DNA of 64,000 nt. It comes from the human T2T-CHM13v2.0 reference genome, Homo sapiens. Shown here one piece after another: positions 44,505 through 58,371 of this stretch (positions are counted from its first letter, which is position 1; every line of letters starts with the position of its first letter). The position numbers and the translations under genes were made by a program. The notes beneath the pieces were generated by a model, which was given only the letters and a program-made list of their open reading frames with translations, searched no databases and was not told where the DNA came from. The DNA lies in the NCBI RefSeq assembly GCF_009914755.1, contig NC_060927.1; one strand, given 5' to 3'.

Positions 44505-44628
44505 TTTTATTTTTATTTTTTTTGAGACAGGGTCTCACTTTGTCACCCAGGCCTAGTGCAGTGGTGCCATCACAGCTCACTACAGCCTCAACCTCCCGGG
44601 CTCAGGCAATCCTCCCACCTCAGCCTCC
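44505..44628 (-). mobile_element. Alu monomer/AluJ right-arm fragment
   Basis: ttgagacagggtctcactttgtcacccaggc...caatcctcccacctcagcctcc. Confidence 0.85.
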
Positions 44629-44690
44629 TTTTATCTTTAAATTATTGTTTATCTTTAAATTATTGTTCAATCTAGCTAAGCTTTCACTTC

Positions 44691-44998
<308 letters not shown>

Positions 44999-45256
44999 AA
45001 CTTTCACTTATTATATAAAAAAACCCTACAAATATTTTGGTGAACTTGAATAAAAAGAAAAAGGATAAAATAGTCTCTATTGGACATATTCACGTATAAA
45101 AGAGCTAAAATTGTGTTTGTGCTAATTTGTGTCACATTTAACCATGAAACACTCTTGGGGATTATTTCTCCCCTGCAGTATGGTTTATATAAATGATTTC
45201 GTTAAGGAAAAAATAAATTTAAGTCAATCCTAGACATACATCTGATACCATTATAC

Positions 45257-45397
45257 AGATAGATAGATAGGTAGATAGAAGATAGATAGATGATAGATAG
45301 ATAAATAGGTAAATAGATATGGTATGTGTGTATGCACACACAGAAACACACACACACATATATATATATATACATACACATACACACATACATACAC
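45257..45397. repeat. Compound microsatellite (GATA)n-(CA)n-(TA)n
   Basis: agatagatagatag..., cacacacaca and tatatatatata are read directly. Confidence 0.92.
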
Positions 45398-48251
45398 CGC
45401 AGCTAGAAGACAATGCTGCCCTCCAGAATGTCTGCAAACAATTGACCTTGGAAATTATGTTAGTTGGGACTTCTGTTTGCAGGTGACAAAATCTCAAGTT
45501 GAATTAATTAGACAAAACAGGAAATATTTTAGCTCAAAGAACAAAAGAACTAGATGAATATCCAATATATAGAAAGGTCATGGGTGCAGCTGAGGCTTAG
45601 GAACTCCTAGAGACAAGGCTTAAAGGACGTCAGGACCCTGTGTGTTAACTGAGGTTCCATTTGACTATTTATATCATTTTTCTCGATATATAAAGTTGTA
45701 AGGGTTTCTTCCACATGGTAGAAGGGACGGATTTTAATAATGTTTAATAATGTTTTTCATCTTAATATTTCAAATCTTAGAGGTGAACTTACCATAATTA
45801 ATCTGGTATGGCTGAGTTTCCAATTCTGGACCAACGAACTTCAGCCCGGAGTTGGGGAACTATACTTTTACTAGGTTCGGTCAGGTTCTCACCCCTGAAC
45901 CAATGACGGTGCTTAGATGGGCTAAGTAAAGTATGGCCACTATTGAGGAAATTCTGAGTGGAGAGGGGAAATTCCTGAAGAAGGAGAGTATTGAACAAAC
46001 CACATGATAGATACCCAGGACAGGAATATAAAGAGATGGTTTCCAGTTCTCACATCAAGTTTGCTTTAGAGACCCAGAAACCTTTTTTACATGGTTCATA
46101 ATGATACTTGGTATCAAATATCAGATTGTAGCAGACTCTGTAAGCAGATCGGATCTACCCGGCATAACTCTCTATCATTTGTTATCCCTTCTCACAAAAG
46201 GAGCACTGTTAGTATTCACAACAATGCTTGATACAATGAAATCATCTATTTACTCAACACCAAAGGCAGTGTTAGATATTAATTAACTCTTATTTTTGCT
46301 GTAAAATAGCAATAGTTCTCTCTTCTTTCATTACTAAGATGGTAATTCAGCAGTAGTTTCATTTCTGAGTCTCTTTCTTTAACAGGCTAAGATCTTTCAC
46401 AAATATCTACAAATAACACTAATGTTTTCCTCCTCAATTCTTGCCCTTTCCACTCATTGCCTTCATTCTGTCTCTCAAATCATATTGGGTCACATAGAGG
46501 ACACATACATACTAGATGTTTGGATTCCAGAATTACAAGCTTCACAGCCAATTTGTATTTTCATAAATGCAGACTTTTTTTCAGACGTTAGACACGCACA
46601 GCAGCATTCAGTTCGCCAACTTTATTGCTATTCATTTCACCATCCTACAGTAGCTCTTGCTGAGAAGTGTAACATGAATCTCAGCAGTATAAAGGTAGTA
46701 TCTTATAATACTCATCAAAAAATAAGATATTATCTTATTCTAGGATACACAGCAATGAAGTGGTATTTTTAAACATTTTATGATTTAGAAACAAAGTGTG
46801 ATAAAATCTGACTGAATATTTGAAACAGTTATTTTGAAAGATAAAAGTAGAAGGCAAGGAAAACTATATAGATATTTTATTTTGGGTGGGAGTGCTATGC
46901 TAGCAATACTGTCAAAATACCTGGGTATAAATGTGGCATCATAATGAAACTGCTTGGACAGGTAGAGACTATCCCATATATTTTAAAGCAGACAGACACA
47001 AACACACACCCTATATACAACATGTTCACATTCCAAGGCCCATTCTGTGACTTGCTGAACCAGCTAATAGTTTACTCCATAGTTGAAGACTTACTCTAAG
47101 CTTTTTCTTTCCAATTTTCCTTGTACTGCAGGAGTTACTGATTCTGATTGAACTCAGTGGCTCAATAAACAACTTCGCTATCTCAAAAAATCACCCTCTT
47201 TGCCAGCAAGATGTTTGGAGTCATTCCAAGAAAAAGAAAAAAAAAATTCTGGTCAATGGAGAGAAGGGACCGCCTTGAAAAGTATGCACTCCTATTTTCA
47301 CCCTGGTCATAAATCATTATCCACTCTGGCATTGATTAATTGGGCTTTCTCCAATCCTCCAGAATTCTTATGAAAATCCAAGATAAAGGACGATTACACT
47401 ATTAGCAGCAGACACAAAGGGATACATTTTCGAAATGTTGTCTGAAGATAACAGTGCATTGACAAATACGTGCCATGTTCGAAGAAGCATTTTGGTTATT
47501 TACATTTTTAAACTGATTTAGTTCCTTTTGTCAAAGTCTTCATTCACCCCCTTTCTTATCTCAGGTCTACAACCAAGCCTGAGAAGGTGACGATGACATG
47601 CTCTACATACTCCACCTGTCAGTGTGACACGAGAGCATCGTGGCCCCATTGAAAATTTCCATGTTATGATGTCTAATTCTTCAGGGTTTACTGCTAATGA
47701 TCAAGTTTTGCATTGAAAATGTAAGCTAGTTTCTTAAATAGATCAGAAATGGGCTAAAACAGCTGTCTGAATGTCACATATGGTCAGTCTCGTGGAGATT
47801 AGGCTCCTAATTCTAACAATGGTTTCACTTTAAGAATTAATAAGCTTTTACTGTGAGGACTAATGTTTGCTGCTTTCTCTTCAGACACATTTTTCTCCCT
47901 TCATTCCTCAATGGCTGCATTTCTTTCACTTTTTTGTTTATTTTAAAGAACACTTGTCATTACACTTTATAGTCTTGTAGTTACCATCCTAAGCAATATA
48001 AATTAGTCAGTAAATAATGGCTATTATTGTAAATTTGTAAAAGTTAAAAGCCACAGGAAAAAAATAGAAATAGAGCAACAGATCATTCAGGAGGTGAGAT
48101 TAAGACCCATGTACATACAGATACTTGGTGTATTACAAAGTGAGTATGGTATATGGAGAGTTTAAAAGATGGTATTGAGAAAGCTGGCTGATTATGTGGA
48201 AACTAAGAAATCTAGATGCCCATTTTATACCTTATAAGAAGTTAGACATTT

Positions 48252-48630
48252 GTTTTCAATTTTTATTTTAGACACAGGGGCTATATGTGCAGGTTTGTTA
48301 TGTGGGTATATTGCACCCAGCTAGTAAGCATACTACCCAATAGGGAGTTTTTTGACTTGCATTTCCCTCCCTTCACTCCCTTCATCCCCTCCTAGTAGTC
48401 TCACTGTCTGTTGTTCCCATGTTTATGTCCATGTGTGCTCATTGTTTAGCTCCCACTTGTAAGTGAGCATATGCAGTATTTGGTTTTGTGTCCCTGTGTT
48501 AATTTGGTTAGGATAATGGCCTCCATCTCCATCTGTGTTGCTGCAAGGAACATAATTTCCTTCTTTTTATGGCTGCGTAGTATTCCATGGTGTGAATGTG
48601 TCACATTTTCGTTATCCCACTGATGGGCAC
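48252..48630 (-). mobile_element. L1 (old L1PA/L1PB) 3' end
   Basis: atgtgcaggtttgtta...tttagctcccacttgtaagtgag...ataatggcctcca...gtagtattccatggtgt. Confidence 0.85.
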
Positions 48631-49029
48631 GTAAATTTAGGCAGATTAAAAATGAGTGAAAGGTAATACTATAAATATAATAAAAATTTAGAAAACATAT
48701 TCTCACTCCACCCCTTGAGTGAATAAAGTTTTCACAAGATCTCAAAAGCAAAACCCCTGAGGTGGATATTCAATTTAACTAGATTAAAGTTAAATGAACA
48801 GTATAGATTAAATTTAAATCATTCTATTGTGATAGTAAACCATGTCCGTTATAAAATTTCAGAGGACTTAAGAAAGAAGAAAAGGACAGGTTACTGATAT
48901 TAAGTCAATTCTAAAGCCTTTTATTCATCAATTTCTGAAGAAAATGTCAAGTAAATCCACAAAATTGGGCTTTTGAGGAATCACACAAAGTAAGAGTATA
49001 ATTAAAGTCTTACATCTCCATATTTTAAT

Positions 49030-49280
49030 TAACAAGTGCTTATATAGCACAACTATGTGGCAAAACATTGTTCTAAGTATTGTCTCAAATATTAACTGCT
49101 TGAACCATTATAACAACCACATGAAGTTAGTAATATTATAGTCACTCTCATTCTACAAATGAAGAAAGTGAAAACAGATTATGTTACTGACTCCAGGTAA
49201 CACAATGAGGAAATTGGCTCACTGAGATACAAACCCAGGCAGTTTGGCTACTGATCTGCTCTCTTGACTACCACGCTTTA
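49030..49280 (-). mobile_element. MIR SINE
   Basis: ataacaaccacatgaag...cattctacaaatgaagaaagtgaaa...aaacccaggcagtttggct. Confidence 0.7.
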
Positions 49281-50533
49281 TTGTTTTCCTTAAAATTTTG
49301 TATAGAAGTAGCATTTAACATTAGAATGCTCTTTTTGTTTTGATTTTTTTTCTTAAACAGCTCATATATTTTAGTCACAATGATGGAAAAGAAAAGCAAA
49401 CATTCCACTTAGTAGCAGTTTAACTATTTCCAGCTCACCAGTGTAGCCTTGTGACAAAAATTCCTGTGTCTTTCTACAATTACAATATGTTTTTCTCCTA
49501 CTTTTTTCAAGTTTTTAAAATTAACTTATAATTTAATAAAAATAGTGAAATAATTGTTACTTTCCTCAAATATGTAAAATTTAGCATAAAATAGAATGAA
49601 TACAAAAATTGAATAAGATGAAAGTACATTTGGAGGAATATGGATTGGATGAGATGGAATTAATAGCCATAATATGGAGCACATGTAGGCTCTTAACAAA
49701 TATTAATAAGATAATCATTGAGTACTTAAATGCATGATACAGCCCTAGTCTCATTGGGAAATAATTAGCCACTGAAATACTAGAATATTTAAAAGTATAA
49801 AAAACATAAATTACTAATCTGGGAGAAATGTAAGAAGTATGCTAGAGGGAAGACCCTTATTTCACATAGGTCTATGAACACCTCTTTTTTAAGTCATAGA
49901 ATCGTAATATGTCAGTGTTAGAAAGGCCCTTGTACATTATTTAGGCAATAACCCTATGTAAGCCTTTACTCCCTTATACTAGACTCCTGACAAGTAAGGA
50001 ATCACACTCTTTGAAGGGCCCTGGTTGTAGAAAACCCAAGGCTTCCCAATTAAAATAAAGAAAATGAAGCTGATTAAGATTCAGGCTTTTTTGGTTTAAT
50101 TCTGGCTGGGCCATTATGGAGTAGAGGAACAAATCTTCTGACCTTGTTCAGTCCATGTTTCCTTCTCTAAAAAATAAGGGAATTTTATATGATAACCTTA
50201 GGCACAGTTCTACCAATATTCTCATTCTATGCTGTACCTTTACGAGATTTTCACTATGAAAGTCTTCTTATAATCAACGAAAATTGATTTTCATGCTATT
50301 ATCACTAAAAATTTAGTGATAGCCCTTTAAGAAGTAATTGCTGTTTGTTCTGGATATGTCTCACTACACTACCACCCAAAAGCATACTGGTTAAAAAACA
50401 ATATAAATTTTGATCACAGATTTACCAGTTGGTCAGTGCTTGACAGTTAACAACTTGTCTCTGCACTACTTGGCTTTTGCCGGGGCTGGGGCAGACCAAG
50501 AACTGGGAGCTGAAGTCTTGTTTAGTGTGACAT

Positions 50534-51265
50534 GGAAACCACCTTTGCAAAAAGTATAACAGTGAGAAAATTATGACAGTGAAAGGGATATTACCTACCC
50601 AACTCCATCTTGCTTCTAACACCCAATCTATCCCTGTTCATCCTGGGTGTAGGCCAAACTAACTTGAGAGGAACTTAGCTTATAGTTTAACTTTGAAACA
50701 AAGATGGTAACAGCTGTTTCCCAAAACAAGCCCTCTTCTTGCCTGGGGACCAAACTGCCTTTGTAAGACTAACAAATTAGGCACAAAAATAAGAAATTAT
50801 GGTTTAGGAATCATGCAGCTAGAGGTCACAAGATTCTGAGCCTCCCAATTACTCCTAGGGATAAAATCACTATTATAAAACCTAAAATTGGTGATCAAAA
50901 TATTTTTAAGACCCTGTGTTCTGACTTACCAGCTGGTGCCACCCAGACCAGTAATCTAACTCAATCAGTTCTGCAGTCCCACCCAGGAACAGGAAACACC
51001 AAGAAGAATCCAGTTCGACTCTTTATGATTTCATATCCAACCCAATCAATCAGCACTCCCCACTCCCTGACCCCCTATCTACCAAACCGTCCTTAAAAAA
51101 ACCCAGTCTCCAAATTGTTAGGGAGATTGATTAAGTGATAAAACTCAAGTCTCCTGTTCAGCTGGCTCTGCATGAAATAAAACTCTTTCTCTATTGCAAT
51201 TCCCTTGTCTTGATAAATTGGTATTTTCTGGGCAGTGGGCCAGGAGAGCCCATTGGGCAGTTACA
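50534..51265 (+). mobile_element. LTR8A-like ERV1 solo LTR, inserted in an older MLT1 LTR
   Basis: gaaaccacctttgcaaaa...gggcagttaca with 4-bp TSD ACAT (50530-50533, 51266-51269). Confidence 0.85.
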
Positions 51266-51839
51266 ACATCTGGTGGTTGTTGCTGGTTGTTGACTGGACC
51301 TTAGCTGGGGCTGGAGGCCAGACATTTACAGGTGGACTCTCCTTGTTGAACTAAGCTTGTTTTTTTCATGAAATGGTGGCTGGGTTCCAAGAATAATTGT
51401 CCAAACAGACAATCAGGAAAGCTCTATCACCTTGAATAACCTCACTGTGGAAGTCATTCCGTGTCACTTCCTGCTCCATCAACTCATAAGAAGCAAGTCA
51501 CTAAATTTGCACTGAATTTAATGTGAGGGAAATCATACTCCACTTTTTTATAAGAGAAGGCATAGTCTTCTATGTAAAGCCTTTTAAACTTTTAAGTATT
51601 AACATTATGTGTTAAATTTTTTTCTCTTTTCTATGTTAAATGCATTATTCAGTTTCTTTGAACTTTTCTATCAGGATACATTTTGGATTCCCCTCACCAT
51701 TCTTGTGACTTTACTTCAAAAAACGTTTTATTTATTGGCTTTGTTAAGTAAGGGAACTCTTCTCAAAATTATGAAGCAATACTATGGTTCTGACATTTGA
51801 AATACGGTTTGATATTTGAAAATATCAAAATATATTCAG

Positions 51840-52660
51840 AAGTCTGCAAGGTCAAAACTATTTTCATACTAATACTTTGTCATTATTTTTCTTTTTCACT
51901 CAAATTCTCTAAAGCGTATACAGTGGAGTTTACCAATCCTCCATAACAAGAGATAGAACTGTTGAAAAAATATCTTTAAAAAAAGTAAAATCATGACTCA
52001 CTTTGGATATAAAATGATCATGCATTTATAATTTTGCTCTACTCATTAGCTAAGAGAACCAGACTGATTTAATGGAAAAGTCAAAAAAGCTCAAATTTAT
52101 ATAAATAAATGTTAAAATAAATTGCAAATGGAGGTAAACCTGTTTTTTTCATGGGGCTTAAGGGAAGACACTTAAACCTTTACAGAGAAGACAGAATTTA
52201 CACATTTTCCAGCTACGTACAACAACCTACAAAATGGTAAAATGGTAAAATGGCGCTTAGAGAATCAGAATTCAATAAAAGGAAAGGGTATGTTACAATG
52301 CATAGTATTCCATTGAAGCCCATTTTTTAAGTCAAAACAAATTTAATGCACAAGCAAATATGAGAATCCAGTAATTTTCCGTGAAGCCAAACACTAAAGA
52401 GATGTACAAAATGTAAAAGAGAAGTCACCTCTTCTCATTTTTTGTTATGAAAAACATAGCTATTATCATAAAGTATGTTAACATATACCAGATTTATTAT
52501 TTTTATTTTAAATGAATTACTAAGCATTTAAACATTTTGTTCTAATTTCAAATACAATAAATATTGATAAATATAATCCACATGAACAAAAGGTGTATTT
52601 ATTCTCAATAAATCTTAACAGTATAAAGAACCCTGTGACCAAAAATATCAAGAATTACTA
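51840..52660. mobile_element. hAT-Charlie-type DNA transposon fragments
   Basis: aggtcaaaactattttcata...atatgagaatccag...gaccaaaaatatcaagaattacta. Confidence 0.5.
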
Positions 52661-52674
52661 CTTTAGAATCTTTG

Positions 52675-53100
52675 GTTATAAAGGGGATTAGAATAGGCCA
52701 CCTCGAAATATGCAACTTGGGCATAAAGATTATTTTGAGTCAAAGGCAATCAACGATCAACAGATGGAGGAAGGGTTCTCTGCCCTCTCCTTGTCTGCCT
52801 AAAAGCAGGGTATAAGTCTTTGTGAAGGTGTCCCTTCCCTATATTATGAAGGTGAGAGCACTCATCATCAGAGACACAGAGCTGATACTGAAAGTAATCT
52901 GCATAAACAGACCTTGCTAAAATAACCTTTATCTTCCATTAGTTCTGCTGTATATATTCTAGTCACTTCCCCACAATTTATCAATCTTTAAAGCCCAAAC
53001 CTTCTTTGCTTTCTTAGAATAATATATAAGCCACTGAGTTAAGCCACTTCTTTGAGTTTCATTTCTTTTCTGTGAACTCCCATCAATGTAAAATAAGAAT
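52675..53100 (+). mobile_element. MER34/MER39-family ERV1 LTR
   Basis: gccacctcgaaatatgc...gcataaagattattttgag...tgcctaaaagcagg; related to the copy at 57872. Confidence 0.6.
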
Positions 53101-53191
53101 TTTAAATTATAATTATTTTTAATTATTTATAATTATGATAATTATTAATTATAATTGTTTTAAATAATTATAATATTATTTATGTTAATAA

Positions 53192-53587
<396 letters not shown>

Positions 53588-53672
53588 CTCATCTTTGACA
53601 ATTTTAGACCTAGATAATTACATTCTCTATCACCTCCTGCCTCTCATTTTTTAAGTCCTAAGAGATAATGCT

Positions 53673-54062
53673 TGATATGGTTTGGCTATGTGTCCCCACC
53701 CAAATCTCATCTCGAACTACAATCCCCACCTGTAGAGGGAAGGGGCTGTAATTCCCAAGTGTTAAGTGACGGAGGTGACTGGATCATAAGAGGCGTTTCC
53801 CCCATGCTGTTCTCGTGATAGTGAGTGAATTCTCATGAGAGCTGACGGTTTTAAAAGTGTTTGTAAGTTCCCCCTTCACAGCATTTCACTCTCTCCTGCT
53901 GCCTTGTGAAGAAAGTGCCCGCTTCCCCTTCCCCTTCAGCCATGATTGTAAGTTTCCTAAGCACCCCACCAAGCCATGTGGAACTATGAGTCAATTAAAC
54001 CCCTTTCCTAATTACCCAATCTCAGGCACTTCTTTATAGCAGCGTGAAAACGGACTAATATA
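53673..54062 (+). mobile_element. MSTA/THE1D-type MaLR solo LTR
   Basis: tgatatggtttggctatgtgtccccacccaaatctcatc...ctttatagcagcgtgaaaacggactaata. Confidence 0.88.
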
Positions 54063-57000
54063 AAGCTTTGACTGGAGAATACTAGTTATTGAAGTGTGAT
54101 CCAATTACTACCCATATCAGAATTCATTGTTTTGTTTGCTAAAAAATGCACATTTCAAGTGGTATAGGAATAAATGGTTTGCATTACATTTCTGTCATTT
54201 GTAACCAAAAATTTCTAACTAACAGACATTTTTATATTTGACTTTTTAGGAGTTTGGGCTATTCTACTTTCAGTTTTCGTAAAACCTTATTAGTCCAATG
54301 TTAATGGCTGAGGACACTGGAAAACTAGCTCAAGGTCACAAAGCTAGTAATTGTCAGAGCTGTGAATCAAATCAAAGCCTTGTTTATTTGTTTTTTTCCT
54401 CCTAATGTCTCATACACAGATTAAACACCTGAGGGGTACTGAGACTGGCTTGGTGACCAGAAATAACTCTCATTGGCCCTGCCTCAGAGTCTGAAATCCT
54501 TAGCATTCTCCACTTCTTTCTGTTAAAGGCAGCTGTTTAAATGCAAATTATATCTGGGAAGGTGTCACATTAATAGCTACTACCAGCTATTAACTCCTAA
54601 ACACAAATCAATGTGCTTGTTCGGTAGACTAGACAGGACTCTAAAAGAATCTATAGTTTGAAGGAAATCTTTGAACAGAGAATGAGGAAGATGGGAAAGG
54701 TTGTGAGCATAAGGATGCTGTCACGATGGGGGCCTTGGACAAGTGACAGACCATAAGTGCTGGGAGGTGAGCAGACCATGACACATGCCGGTAGGACAGG
54801 GGAAGCAATCTGCAAGGGCTGTTAGGAGTGATAAAAGCAAAGACTGCCTGCTTTACATTTTTGCATACAACCATTTCAAATTCTGGCATCCATTTTGGTC
54901 ATGTTTCAGTCTTTATGATAAAACTCAGGAAATTACCCTCCCCCTTGAGTGTGTAGTATGTTTTAAATATGAAGGATTAATCCAAGACTGCCAAACCTAA
55001 TTCACATAAGGTCCTAGCATGAGCTCACATTTGATGATCATTAACATCTTTCACCTATTCTTCAAATTCTTTAATGAATAAATGTATCTTTTTTCCTTAG
55101 AATACAGGACAATTGGACCTTTCTTCTTCAGTGTCATATACATATATAATGTAAACTATGATGCTAAAAAGATTAAATCATGTGACGAACATTACCATGT
55201 TGCTTTGTTGTCAGAAACATAACTAATGGAAGGAGGTTAGAAAGGTATTACAGAAACAACTCTAGATTTATAATTTTTCCCATGAATTACTCATACAAAC
55301 AGATTTCACAAACCAATAAAGTAATGTGGTGACTGCGTAAACTATTCAATTATTTGTTAAATTAAAATATAAGTGACAGAGCTATTTGAGCCTTAGTGGC
55401 TAATGTTGATGCCTAATAAATTTGTTATAAAATGTTACAGGGTTTTTTTTTTTTAAGACCATCACTTAGGCTTAGATTAACAATAAAAAAGCAGGAGCTT
55501 TTCCTAAGGCTCTAGGTGAACAATGGCACTTGAAAATGAAACACTGGCAAATTGCCCATCTCCTGTGGGAAAAGGAGGAAGGCAGCGGCAGCATCTTTGC
55601 AAGCAATCACACTATAGAAGGCAGGCTCCTTCCTGGGACATAACAACATCTCAACAGGACTCAGAGATTTTTGTCAAGAGCCACAATTTACACAATAATT
55701 ACACTCATTGGAGCAAATACTGATCCCAAATTCCCTCCTACTTCTTGTCCTTTCCACAAATCAAATGTTTTGTCCATGTCCCCAAGTTGTTTTGAAGAAT
55801 TAGTTTTATTCTTGTATTCATTTAACAAATCTTAGCTTGCGTGTGTGTGTTGTGTTTTTCCAAGCAGTCAATTCAGAGAGCTGACACCATTTTCCTATTA
55901 ATGTACTAAAAGAAAAAAAAGAATACAATTTTAGAAGTTTTGACATACCTAAGCCTACCTCTTCTATATTCTTAAGGGAAACAAACATTTTTTAAAAGTG
56001 TGGCTAAGTATGCTAATCATAATTTATTAAGAAACACAAAACCAAAGGCAATGAAAGACAGCTTGGATTTATGTGGAAATGGCAAAGATTATATTGTGCA
56101 TTTTACAAGACAAAGGTAGTTTTTCCAGACTATTAGTTGCTGATTTTTCAAGGACAGATGTAAAGCTATTATTTTTCCAGATGAATAGAATGAAGGAGAG
56201 AGGTGCATTTGCTGTAGCTCATGCTCATGTACTGTTGCTGTTCACAAAACATCCTCCTGTGTCTGTCTTGACAACATGGGAATTCAGTGAGGCTATGATC
56301 AGACTCTGGCTTCATTGTGCCATGAAAGAGAAGTCGTTTTAGTTCACTATAGCTCAAACTATTGATGTCCAAACTCATTATGCATTATTAACTTCTTTAT
56401 GGTGTTGGGACACCAAAGAGAGATCCTGTTAAGAAGCAGAAAGTGCAAAACAGAATCAGTAGGATATTGTAATCAGGTAGAGAAGAGACTAAAGTGCCTG
56501 GGAAAAGACCTCCAGATGGTGATGAAAAAAAGATGACCTCCAATGGAGATGCTACACAAACTCCTCGAGGGGAGCCTAGTGGCCACAAGCTGGGAAGGGA
56601 ACTCGACGAAGAAGAAAGAGCAGCCAATTTCTCCTTCTAGGTAGAGATCAGGTCAAAAGCCTCCTTGGGGATAACATGCAAACCCTTCAAGGGAGAGAAG
56701 CTTGTTGATTATCTGTGGATTTCCATCACTTATGCACAGAGTTTATCTTGTCATAGGGTTGTGAGAATAAAATAAATTAATATGTGTTTTAATATTGAAA
56801 ATTATATACGAATGTTATTTTTATCATCTCATTGACATTGAAATACACACACTATCTATTAAATTGATGTAGAAATTTCACTGGGAAATGATGAGACCAG
56901 TGCTTAATATTGGATACTAACACTACACTTTAGATTTCCATCCTTGTTTCCATCCATAGGTCCCCAGAACTGTAAAATGGGGTAATTATTTTAAAGTGAA

Positions 57001-57871
57001 ATTAAGAAAAATTATTAGGTAATGGTGAATAATGGTTAACCATCAGAAGCATTTCCCCAACCTAATAGAAATAGTAAATAGTGACTTGGGAGATCTAAGG
57101 ACATGGTCTCATATTTTGTTTGAAGCTATTTATTAACTAACACTTAGTTTTTGCAAACTAAAGCTCTAATATAACGTATCCTATCCAATTACAGATACAC
57201 AATTGTATGCAAATGTGCAAATAAGAACAAATTCAGAAATAAATACATTTTAACAGGAGCTATGTTATAGGCATATGATTTAGAGACTAGGATGTTAGAT
57301 AGTAAGAATATGTCTGTATAATTCAGCTTAAGGCAATGACACGGTCCTATGATCTGGTAGTCTTAACCATTTCTATTATTTTAGCTGGGCTTGGATTATC
57401 ATATTACTTACTTGAAAAGAGAGCGAATGAATCATGAGGTCAAAAAAATAATGTAAATTTCACTAGTCCTTATTATCACCATAATGTATACATGGTAATC
57501 TCACAGAGAGCTCAGTTAGTGAGACTGTAATATGTGTTGTGCTGTGTTGTGTGCGGGTTCTGTGTGGGGGTGTATGTGAACAAAGAAAGGGCATGTGTGG
57601 TGGAAGTAATTTTGTCCATTTCATTAAGTAGTGTTCTCTGGGAAAATTAATAGGCAAGGGAGGAGAGGCATGGAGCATCACGGGATATTTGGAAGATAGG
57701 ACCATTCTGATTTCACTTGGAGCATTAGCTGTGAGGTACTGTAGAAATGCAGGAGAGGAGGAAAGCAGCCACATTTCACCTGCCTGGAGAAGCTGGCTGG
57801 GGCTGTTCATCCCTCACAAGCAAATCTTACTTTCCACCTTTAGAATATATCTCTTAATTCAGCATTTACCT

Positions 57872-58371
57872 CTGTGGAAGACTGTAACATGCCACTCCAA
57901 AATACGAAAGATTGTTGAGCTGAAGGCAATTAAAAAGAATTAGATGCTGAGAAGCTCTCTGTTCTCCTCTATTTGCCTAAAAGCAGGACACAGATTTATA
58001 AAGACCAAAGATAGCCTACCTTCTCTTCCACCAAGGGGAATAAAGGTTAACCACTAAGATCAACTTTAAACCCTTCTCTGCCTTGACACGGTACCAGAGG
58101 AATCTACATGAACAAGGTTTATTAATTAGCTTCTCTCTGCCATTCCTTTACCTTCCCACAAGTTGCTGGTCCTAGAGACTCAAAGTCCTTTTCTTTTGTC
58201 TTGTCACCACCTCTTTGAAGATTACTTATTTCCCTGGTATCATCCATGTATATATGAGATATATATATTAATACACTTCTGTTTGTTTTTCTCTTGTTAA
58301 TCTCTTACAGGAGTTCTTTCCAACTAGGAATTTATGAGGACTGAATAAAAAATTATGTTTCTTCCCCTTCA
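57872..58371 (+). mobile_element. MER34-family ERV1 solo LTR
   Basis: tgtggaagactgtaacatgccactccaaaatacg...ttgagctgaaggcaatt...tttgcctaaaagcagg...tttcttccccttca. Confidence 0.65.
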
